This document shows, one piece after another, positions 24,901 through 36,900 of a stretch of DNA of 64,000 bases. Positions within the stretch are counted from its first letter, which is position 1; every line of letters starts with the position of its first letter. The notes under the pieces were generated by a model. The model searched no databases. It saw only the letters and a program-made list of their open reading frames with translations, and was not told where the DNA came from. A program made the position numbers and the translations under genes. Source of the DNA: Tubulanus polymorphus (taxonomy: Eukaryota; Animalia; Nemertea); NCBI RefSeq assembly GCF_964204645.1, contig NC_134031.1:7626001-7690000 (forward strand). Reading direction: 5' to 3'.

Positions 24901-27900
24901 ACCAAATATAGAAACTGATGACCTTTCAAAACCCTCCACAATCATAGAATATGTCAAGAGCTACAACTTTGCATTTGAATGTGATCTACTGCTATACATT
25001 TTGTAGCCACAATGTGGTGATATCACACACCTCAAATTAGTCTTAAAATGACCCGTAGAGTGGTGATCGTGAATGGTGAATCGATGGAAACAACTGCCAT
25101 TTTTTTCAAAATTGTTTCATCATGCAAATAAGCTGGGCAAGTTTATTTCTTATGGGGACGCATGCACGCACTTTTTTTCTACAGAACATGTTGTTCTAGC
25201 CATTTCGTTCTAAATGTACTCTCCCACCACAAAATACTGCACCTACTGCATAGGGGAGGTTTTAAAGACCTATTTGCTCATGGTCACAATGAAGGTCAAT
25301 GCAAATTTAACACACGCTAAGAAAATCAACCATTTGAAAATAGTTTTTCAAAGTTTTCTCTGAAAACAAATCAATCTTGTAAATCGCATATTTGCACGCA
25401 CCGAAATGGTGCAATGTCACACTATTTTACCCAGGAACGGTCCCAATGCAACCATCCAGTAAATTTTGCGCCTTCATTTAACATACATTGGCAGGTTGCC
25501 AACTAACAATCGCCGACAATGGTAAACCAAAAACCTGTCTGATATGGCAAGAAGCTAAGAATTCAGAATGACCTTTTTGGCACAAAAAAAGACCACAAGA
25601 GGGCAATTTTGTTTCCGATCAATCCAATTTTTCTTGTGATGATAGGCCCTAGGGTGTTACATAGACATAACAACAAGAAGATTGATGGAAATATTTCTCT
25701 TGGAAACTTCAAAATGTGTTTACTTAATTTTAACTCAGAGGCCTATTTTTTCCTGCAGATGTGTCTAGGGAACATGCATAAACCAATACTGTATGTACAA
25801 AGACAAAATCATCAAAGTGTATTGAAAACTTCCAAATACTAGATTGTCGCTGAAGACGACTGATGCCCCGACATCAGTGGAAACGCCTGAGTGTAAAATA
25901 CACCCCGAGTGTATGTCGACCTATTTCTGAAGGCAGGAAATGAAAAATACAAAACAGCTTCCGGTGACCTTGACCTTTGACCTACAGGACCCAAAATGTA
26001 ATCAGTTACTCACGGTCTTTAGGATAACCCATTCAAAAATTGTCACCAAATTATCTTAATGAGATAGAGCCCGGAAATGAAAAATACATAACAGCTTCTA
26101 GTAACCTTGACCTTTGACCAACACGACCTGAAATCTAATCAGTTACCCACGGTCCCTAGGATAACTTATCCATAGAATTTCAGTAAGTTATCTTAAACCG
26201 TTTATGAGTTAGAGCCCGGAAATGAAATTCACAAAATGGCTTCCTGCGACCTTGACCTTGGATGAAAATCTGATCAGTTACTAACCTCATATAGTACAAC
26301 ACAACTGTTGAATTTGAAGAAAATATGTCGAAGGGTTTAGCTGCTAGGGCAAGGAAACCCACTGCGGACAGACGGACGGATGACAAAGTGAATACAGTAT
26401 GCCCCCCACAACGCGTTGAGGGGGCATAAAAACTTGATTTCCTCAATGGATGAATGAATAACATATCAAAAGTGAATGCAATAACCCATTGGGGCTTAAA
26501 ATGAATATTCATGATGAAATTCACCTTGAATGTTCCAAAACTTTCTTCCATATCGGCATACATCGACCAGAGTTTCAGAGATTTATAAACTCGACACTGA
26601 ACTGTCTCTGTTTCATCGTGATACGACACTTTTCTACTCGGAGGAGCGGAAGCTTTTTGCATAAGTTTCAGACATTCTTCATAGTTCCTACAAAACAAAC
26701 ATGAAAATTGAGTTTACACTATATACGGCTGGTCATAAAGTTTAGATGAATTCACGGCGCAGGTAAAACGCTGTTACCTCATTTTCTCCTGTTTGTAATA
26801 GATTCTTAGAAAATAGGCCCCCCCCCCTATATTGACATTGAAAATTCAAGGTAAATATATAGATTACAATTATGGACAGGCCAGATATTGGATGGCTTTG
26901 CTCGACATTTGGCTCCTTTAAAGGCATGGAAGAAACAAAGTGGAGTTATCTTGAATCTGATCCTTTTATTCAGTTGTTTAACCCTTTTTACCGGATTAAT
27001 TTTCAACAATGTGCCACTCAGACCTAGATTGCTTTGTCATAAGTGCAGTATCAATATGAATCATTTTCAAATGGCTCCGTAGCTCCATAACTATAAGAGA
27101 TACTGTAATTCAATGTTTGGTAGGGATTATAACAACCTTTCAAATGATGTAAACATTTTCAGTATAGGCAGTAGTTGACCCACTGGGAATCTTTATAGTT
27201 TTTTGACCCACTTTCACTTCCGGGTTTGAACTCTGAATCATCATCGGCAATATCATGACTACCATCGGAAACAGAATATGCATAGACAATATCAGTGTTA
27301 CTACACCTAACAGGTATTTCAATCAATATAACGGCACTAAAGTTACAAAAAACTCGACTATAGAGAGAAATACTTCAGTTTCTCAGGCCCCGTGTGCACT
27401 GTCAGCTCCGCATCGATTCAAATCGTTTTTTCCCAAAATTCTTGAATTGCAACAAACTACTTTTGTGACTGCATTAGGTATATTGATCATTCTCAGACAT
27501 GCCAAGCAGTGTAGAATACTAAAATGCTAACTTGGATGAGCGCTGAAACAACTAATTTCGTTCAGGTATTGTACTTGCAAATTTGTGAGATCGGGTTTGA
27601 GAGACGTATATCTGGTGCTCGCAAAATTGCGAGATCTTTAACAAGAGGGTTATGCCTAATTGGAATAACACAGTTCTTGATTGGCCGGTAATGTGTGAAA
27701 AAACTTCATTTTCAATGCTTATTGGTCAATTTTGAAAAATGGCTGACTATTTGATAGCTCTATTGCAAACTACAAGCTATCTGGTATTGGCGACTGGAAA
27801 GAAACATGGTGGCAGGAAAACGCGCTAAAACAGCCTGCATATGAGGAGTGTCATTGGCAGCTAGGGTAAATATCAGCCTAGACAACACTGGGACAATGTG

Positions 27901-30900
27901 CAGAAAACTCAAGACATGGTAAGCGCTTTCAAACTAAGAACCAGTAAAGGGTTGTACTCACTCATGTCTAATTTCCATTTCAGCCCATTCACACCAAACA
28001 GATGCAAGGTCATCAACATGTTTATACGCCACTTTAGTACCTTTATCGAAAATAATTCTGGCCTGAAAATGGAAAAAGAAAGACATTTACAACTACAATA
28101 TCAACAGTTCACTAAGCAGATTTTTGTCAAGGATTTGAATACATGTACTCCAAACTTCTGTGTTGATAATAACTGAGATATGCTGTAAGACACTACCCAA
28201 AAAAGCGTTACCCTGTGTGAGCGCTCTGCATCAAATTTCACAGGCAATTCTTAAGCAAATATTTATCTGAAAACCACTCGCATTTTCAAATTGAACTACC
28301 CTATTTGGTAGTGATTAAGTAGTGACTGCTAAAAAACTTATGCTAGGAACATGACACATAAGTTATCCGAACAAGAGGACCATAAGGTCCATATGGTCGA
28401 AGACAGTGCATGAGGAGATATCAGTTTTAGTGAAAGCAATTCACGTGTTTCCAGGGTTTCTTTTAACCATTGTGGACATTTTCCCCCAGACAAAAGTGGT
28501 CCTATTTTCCCTAAGTCCTGAAAAATTCTTTGAGGAATTGTGAAAATAAACTGATTATTTTTTTTCTTAAGACATTAAAGTGTTCTTATTTCAGTTTCTT
28601 TCAATATAACGATCTTTTTCAATAATAAAATGTGTGGATCTCCATTCCCTAAAAAGCATAGTGTAATCGTCCCAGACATCCTACCCACCCTATTTCCCAT
28701 AATGGTATAGTCCACGCGTTAACCAATGAAACTGTGTTCTCTGTGCGTATGATGCTTCAATGAATGAAGTTCATGTGACAGGCACTACTACTAGTGGTAA
28801 TTTTTATTAACCAAAGACCACATGGTAACATAGGAATGCACTTAAAATGGCTCTAAAAATCCTCAAACTTTCCCCTTTGCCTTGGGCTTGACGCCTGATG
28901 TGCTCGACTTGGCATAGATATGCTTGAACAATTTTTTCCCAAATAAAGAGAACGTACATTTTTTAACGATCACGGAAGCCCTGTGTATCTCATTATATCT
29001 TTTTTTTCTAGTACCGCGCGCCGAACAGTTTATCTTTCGTCAGTCAATCTGAGTCGGCCTGTGTTTATACGAGGCGGGACACAGCCGCTTGTCTCGCTGT
29101 GTGTATACAGCACTGCTGTCTCTAGTCTACTATTACATGTACTATAACTCACTCGGGGTATTCCCTGAGAATACAGCATTGAATGGCATGATATGTGATA
29201 CCGGCTGGCATTACTGGTAATTTTCATTGCATGAAGAAAATCCTTCACACGCAGTGCTTTCAAGAAATAAAATCCGGGCCAGTGAATGACTTACACAGCA
29301 GAGACCACCTTACCGATACTCTCCCTGTCAGCATAAGCTGCGCAGCATCTATGAACTACTTACGAATGTATTAGTACGCGAGCACTTATGAGGATAGTGA
29401 TGGGGATAACACTTCATTGCTGAGTAAAACTGATGTAGACAATTCACTGATATGGTGAGCCTTTCGTGCGCCTCAAAACATTCCATAATTCATCACGATT
29501 TTGGGACCTTAGGTATAACAGGCTATGATGTTCATAGCTAGGATCATGCATATAGGCAAATGACGCGTTACAGACAATTTTGTACTGGATTATCAGTTCT
29601 ATATCGATACAGCATTATGGGACTAAATCCATGGCAGTAGAGATACTACAGGTGTTGTTCGGTGAACGGCAGAATTTTTATCAGCAACGATCCCTGTATG
29701 GTCTTTGACCATAAAAAGATTTTTATACTTAAGTGAAACTATGCATTTTTAGATTTATGTTTTGTCGGTACTTACATCTTCAATTTGAGACGCTGATTCA
29801 TAAAACTTAGCGAATGCCACCCAGAGGGTATGTAACTTGCCGCTAGCGAGTTTAGGATCGACAGTCTGTACCGCCTCTGTATACGTGTGAATGATATCAC
29901 GTGGCTTACCCTCATAAAGCGTTACGCGTTTATGCCATTCATGCACGTTGTGAGGATTCTGACGCAACAGCACACTGAAAATAGATGAAATGAAGTTGTA
30001 AATAAGCCGTTATCATTTTACGCGTTGAATTCAATTTAGCTTTAGATGGTTGTAGCTAGAGATAAAGTAGGTATATCTACTATGAATGCACAATTTACTC
30101 ATGTTTGCCAGGTGGTGGATTTACAGAATATTTACATGCTGTACTGCAGTATTGAATTCATTGTTGATTTCTAGCTCAATTCATTTGGAAATATATGGTG
30201 CTGTCAGGTATTCTATGATGCAATGGATGTATTTTCCCCATATGTATATTTTACGAGAGGTTTAATATCACTAATATCAAACATTGATCAGTGACTGACA
30301 TCTCAAAGTACCGGTATGGTGTGGTCAAACCTGTTCTGCATTTAAAAGGCAAGGATTCCAAGCACATGTTTAACCTTTTCAGTGCATCTACACCGCAGCA
30401 GGGTGCATAAATTGCTAAATTGCTACCACATCACGTTACTTTTTATTAGTAACTAGTTTTTATCTGATGAAAAATGGCAGCACCTGTCATTCAGTGAAAT
30501 ATTGGTAACTAACGACACACCTAAGGAATTATATCTATTTAAATGTTATGGAAAACAATTTCCCAGATTTTACATCTCAATGAAATACGTAACATTTCTG
30601 GAAAAACATAACACCATTATTTCACTTTCATTTTCGTAACCATTTCAGGAAAAACAGAATGGTTGGCAGGTCTGGGTATACCTGTTATTCTACACACTGG
30701 GTGGAATATTTCAAAATCTTCAAATTATCTCCAGCGCTTTCGGGAATTAAGTCAGGACTGAAAGGGTTCCTTTCGTAGCATTTCTAGAACCAAACATTAT
30801 CAAAGAACAACATTGAAATTAAAATAATAACAAACCCAATTCAAATACAAACCTGTTTAACAGCAATGGTCGTCTGTCCATGAGTTCTTCTAACCGGGCA

Positions 30901-33900
30901 AGTCGTAACTCGAGATCAAGGTCATCTTCGTCAGATGGACCGAACTCAGTCGTCGATTCCATTTTAGCGCTGATCATACTCTCTTCAAACTGCGCATAAG
31001 CGTCGAAGATCTGAGTGAAATCCCGGACAGTAATTACCGTTTGAATTCCTTCTTCATAAATGTCACGTGCCTGCGATAGAAAGACAGAATCATTACGGGA
31101 ATGATATAATACACATGATACTCTCAGAACGTAATGTTCGATCAAGTTGTCATCTATCTTCCCTTGGCAGGGAATCGATCCCGATGGCATTGCAAGCTAT
31201 GTCACAGCAAAACCCCTGCCTGCATAGCTCCAGTGCACAGCTATTTGCGCATATAGCTATGATATCATTTAGAGATGAGAACGCCGACCTATAAAATCTG
31301 CATTTTTTTTCTTGAGTTACACATGCGAAACAGCTGACAGCGTAGAACCTATGAACGACTATTATATTTTGGAAGGTAATGGCTAGTTCCAATGTGGTAC
31401 ATCCTCATTCGATGACATTCAGCATCTCATGCATTAGGGGTCGAGCCCTGAATTATTGCAATTAAAATGCACCGATGAATGCTCACTAAAAATCATCACC
31501 CAGTAGTGTATATCTGAAGGCGTTCGCCACACTCGAGCGGCGTAAGTAAGTAGGCCAATATACATTACTACTGCTGCCTCGCGCGTGTGTCTGCAACCAA
31601 TCAATAAAATACATACACACTCATCGTAGTACAAATGTAGATACAAAATGAGTGTTGCAATGAATATGCATTGAAATGCGATACTTTTGCGCGATGATAA
31701 GTAAAACAGGCACTGAACACTTTTACGGACCACCTGATTACCGATCGTGCCGGGCCAATTGAGTGAGATCACCCCCCCATACTTTTACATCATTTTTGGA
31801 CTATTTGGAAAATTGATATTTTTCAATACCGAAATTTGGGCAAACCGCGGATCCGCGGGGAATTCTCATCCCTGATCATTTTCAGCTAATCAGAAATCAC
31901 ATTCTATATGTGCCTGGGTGTATTTATTCTACCTTTGAATTGATCTTAGCGATCGTACAACAGGCAATCGGATTGGTGCCACATGTTTCTGTATGGCTAA
32001 GTGTCTCATTATGCTACCAGGTTCAAATCCCTGCCACGTGAGGATAATGGGAAGCATATGATTCATTTGTACAGCTACGTAAGGCTAAAAGTCTGCTGCC
32101 TCATACTATGCAACATAGTACTAATCACATTTAAATTCATAAACTTGTGACCGATATAGCAGTCAGCAGTACTCTAGAGAATCAAATTTGACCTTCAGAA
32201 GGTTAAACAGCATATATAAATTGTAACAGATCCACTTAAACATACCTTTTCAAAATGACCACTTCGTATGTAATAATCGGCCAGCGAATTCCACAATAGA
32301 CCGATTTGATCGGTGAAACGCTTTAAGCCCTGACGAATGATTGGTTCAACACGTAGTGAATGTATTTTATCGGGATGCTTACTGATCATTTCACAAAGTT
32401 CATTCCACAACTGAAATAAATAAAAGTAAAAGATGATAAGGGAGAACCCTTACAACGCCAGGCAACGGCAGTTCATGCAGATAAAAACAAACAGGCTCCA
32501 CCCCCTACGACAACCCCTTCCAATGATCAAATCCAATGAAAAATGGCTATATTGTCCATAACCTTTGGAACATCCACTGCAAATTAGTAGAGGTCTGGAA
32601 AAACTAGGACTAGCAGCAATTCATAGAAATATGGGCCACACCACTAGGGCATTCCCTCGACATCAAATCCAGACTAGGGGTCCAGGGACACCATGACCCC
32701 TGGTAAACATGCACAGACCGCGATGACCTTGAAACTTGCCAGAATCACAGAACATGTTACAAGCTACAACTTTGCAATTGAATATGATAACAAAGTATCC
32801 CTTAAGGCTCTTTAGAGCCAAATAAAACTGATTTGAATTAAGCAGGCCTGTCTATAGAAAAAACCCACTATGATTAACAAATATCGTTTTCAAAAGATTC
32901 ATTAAGTAGGCTTTATATACAGGGTGTCCTGAAAAAATGGCACTCTAATTCAACTAGTTCTTATTAATAAACAGAGCTACGTAATTTGATAATTTGTTCT
33001 AGAATGAATCCATTGGATGTTTACTTACTACTGTTAAACTAACCAGGAAAATCACTGATACATAAAGGACACAGAACCCACCATGCAAAAAGTGTCAATT
33101 TGGTTATTTTACCAACTTGCACTACATGTCAATTGGGTCATGTAATAAATTAAATTTTTACGGGACAATCTCTATATCTATTCATGATGTCCGAGTGGGG
33201 CCATCCTATTATCCAGATGTGACGCTTACCTGATGTTTTGATTTGCCATGCTTTGAATTGAATGAGTCGTCATTAATACATTCTGCCAGTTTTATGGCCG
33301 CCTCATTCATTCGATCTATGGACACTAAATACTTGATATAGTCCTCTGTATTCTGTTTTTCCAGCTAAAACATAATAAGTATAGAAACATTTTTATTGGT
33401 TTTCATTTTTCAAAACCACATGCCCATGAACTTAATATGTAGCCCTTGTAATAAACTGTTGTTTTTGCAAATCAATTGAAAATCAACACTCAAGTAACTG
33501 CTTGAGTACCTTCTGCTGATTCATGATTCATTCACATTTTCTTCCGATGTTTTTCAATGTATACACACCTTAAGGTAACGTCTGTAGACTCTAATAGCCA
33601 TCTCCTGGAGTGGATATTTTGTAACAAACTTCAAGTAAAGCGGCCATATTCGGGAATGTTGCGTAATCGGCAGAGCGCGTAGAGCATAATCAAATGTACG
33701 CCTGGTGCGCGTGATTTTACCCTGACGCATCAGAAACTGACAATAATCCAACCAAATTCTTGGCATCTAAAAAACAGAATCACAGAAACGAAAATAAAAA
33801 CTAGGGCTCCATGGACACCGTGCCCATTTGGAGAAATGCTTGATAATCTGGCAATTTCAATGTTCAAAATGGGTTGAAGCGTATTCAAAGAGTTTAATGA

Positions 33901-36900
33901 TGCCGATTTTGGTGCATGGCTGACTCACCCAATTTTTTGGAGTTGATATGTCTAGGGTAAATACATAAGCCAAATAATATATAAGCCAAAAACCAAGACG
34001 ACACATGAAAACATTCCAAAGAAACAACCACATATTCCTTGAACAGACGGATGCATGGACGGATGGACGAAAAGTGCACGCAATAGCCCATTGGACTTAA
34101 AGGGCACATGCCCAATAAATTGTACCTTTCGTGATTAGTAACCCAAATACTACTTTTGTATACAAATAACAACCTGAGATGTGACTGATCGAAAAAAAAG
34201 ATAACAGATTAGCTCTAAATTAGTCATTTAATTATTCTTGACATCGTTTACGTAGTTCACCTACAACCCGCAGTCGGCGCTATTTTTGACGGTATCTTTG
34301 TTATAAACATAAGCACTTGTGTGCTCTCAGTATGCAGTAGCCTATATAAAATCTATAAAATCAACATCATTTGTTTGTTTTAATCTTGGCTATATAGTAC
34401 AGACCCACTAATATATGTTTATAAATGTCATATATGATGGCACCAACATACATAATAGTTTAGAATTCATTAATTCAAAAATCTTCCGAGGGGATAAAAT
34501 GCCCTTTGAAATGTCTAGAGAAATGACTGGAAACAGTCAGCGTTCAACAAAGATGACGTCAGAAACACGCACCTGTACACATAAACAATAACAGTGAGCA
34601 CGTGCTGAAATTGCCGATTTAAAAGTCTTATTTCTCAGATGGCTAAACTATGATTAAAATCAGTAGCATATTTATGATTTGTGTACACATAACTTATAGA
34701 ATAACTTTTATATGATATTCTATTTATTGGGCATGTGCCCTTAAAGTGGGCTAGAAATTACTTCCAGCTTTCAATTTTTATTTAGGTCGACCCATTTTTT
34801 GTGTCACAGATGCTAAGAAGGTACATGAACTAAATATCAAAATAATCCATGTAAGCATAGAACTAACCAAGGAAACTAAAATTTTCCTTCAGTACAGAAG
34901 GATGACAAGCCAAGTCACCTTATGTATCATCTCTTGGAATAGTCACTTAGGCTAGATTAATGGTACTGACCTTATGCATAAAAACAAACGCACGTTCAAA
35001 TGCATTGTTCACATCATCGTAAGCCGGATCTGTGATACACTTTCCCTTCACTTGACGTCGACGTAACCGCAAATAATTATACCACAGCTTATAACTGTAA
35101 AGAGAAACATTATTTCACAGGTAAGTGACCTTGAAAAAAGCAATACTGATCCACTCCAGTCAAGCTTCACGAGGTCTTTCATTTATCTGAATATCTCCAA
35201 CCATACCTGCGGGGAACGGAATAGGGGGCTTAAATATTGCAAAAATGACATTTCTTTCATATGCCGTGATTTTGTTAAAACCAACTTTCTATTCCAATGC
35301 CACGTTTACACCAAATTTTTCGCTTCAACATAATGGTTTGTTGTTAAAACCAACCCTTTAGCGTGGTCTCTTTTAGTTTTTGTTTTGGAATGCCATATGT
35401 CAAAACAAACTTTTTGTTTTATCATGGCTTCGAGCCATATCAACATAGAATGAGACACTTAACAATGTATCTATTTGACAGTTTACAAGTTGAGACATAA
35501 AAAATCCAGAACCTCCGTGAAATTGAATGTGAGTTATTACTGGAAGGCCAGCAAAATGAAATTAAAACTCACTATTTAAACATTTAGAGGATTAATTTAC
35601 AAATCCCTTGAGTTTTCCCCCTGATTTTTCCATGTTATAACACAAAATTCCCTGAGTGAATCAGAGAAATTTATAGGTTAAGAATGTTTATTTATTTTCC
35701 ATTGAATCATGGAGTGATAGAGAAATACGCAGTCAGTAGATTCAAATTTCCTGAATTACTAGTATCCAGGTCTGTGGTAAAAATTAGTCAAATTCCCTGA
35801 TTTTTCTGATTCCCTGAGTTTTCCAGGTCAGAGGCAACCCAGTGTAGAGAGTTCGAGAAATCCTGCCTTGTCAGTAGATCTAATCAATAAATTGAATCCT
35901 TCTTTTAAATTTGTATAGTGGGTTTTAATTCCATTATGAAAAGAACACCGGTAAATACCGGGGTAAATACTCCTAACGTAGAAAAATGAATGTTTTTTAT
36001 TTTCCATTACTTACCTGCCAGGTAACTCTTTCAGTGCACGTTCGTATATCAAGTTAATAACAGCTTTTGGGGCATCTTTCTTATACTCGATGTATCGCAG
36101 CCAACATTTTACTGTATACGGATTCCTCAAAATCTCTTCTTCAAAAGGCAAGTCATCTTCTTCCTAAGCACGAAAAATATTGAGATGATACTATGCTTGA
36201 TACTATCCACAATCATAGAACATGTCACGAGCTACAATTTTGCAATTGAATACGAAATACAATACGAAAATACTGAGTTATTTGGCTATCTAACGCCCCC
36301 TTGTAACCATACACAAACCAATGACCTTGAAGCTAACCCAAATCAAAGAACAAGTCACAAGCTACAATTTTGCCATTCAATGTCGAAACAAAAGATGCCC
36401 GAGTACCGATACATAATGAAAATCATGAAAAAGTTATTCGGCTATTCAATGCCCCCTGATGACCATGTAATCGATGACTGGAAACTCACCACAATCATAC
36501 AGTTATGTCATGTGCTACAATTTTGCAATTGATTGCAGTAAGTAACAAAATATGCCTCAGTACCAATATAATATGAAAATACTTTATGAGAGTTATTCGG
36601 CTATTCAATGCCCCCTGGTGACCATATTACACAACAGCCAACGACCTTGAAACTCGACAATCATACTGTCATAAGCTACATAACATATGCAATTGATAGT
36701 GGTTATGAAATATCCATAGGTACCAATTTAGATATTGTATAATATGTAATAGATGAAATCTAAGTGACGGACGCCACGCAATTAAATTTTACATAGGATT
36801 CAGAAACAACCTAATTTTGTGTAATTCTCGGGATTCGAACAACGCCGAGCGAGCGGTTTGTTATTATGAATTATGAAAAAATGACGTCACTTGACATCCG

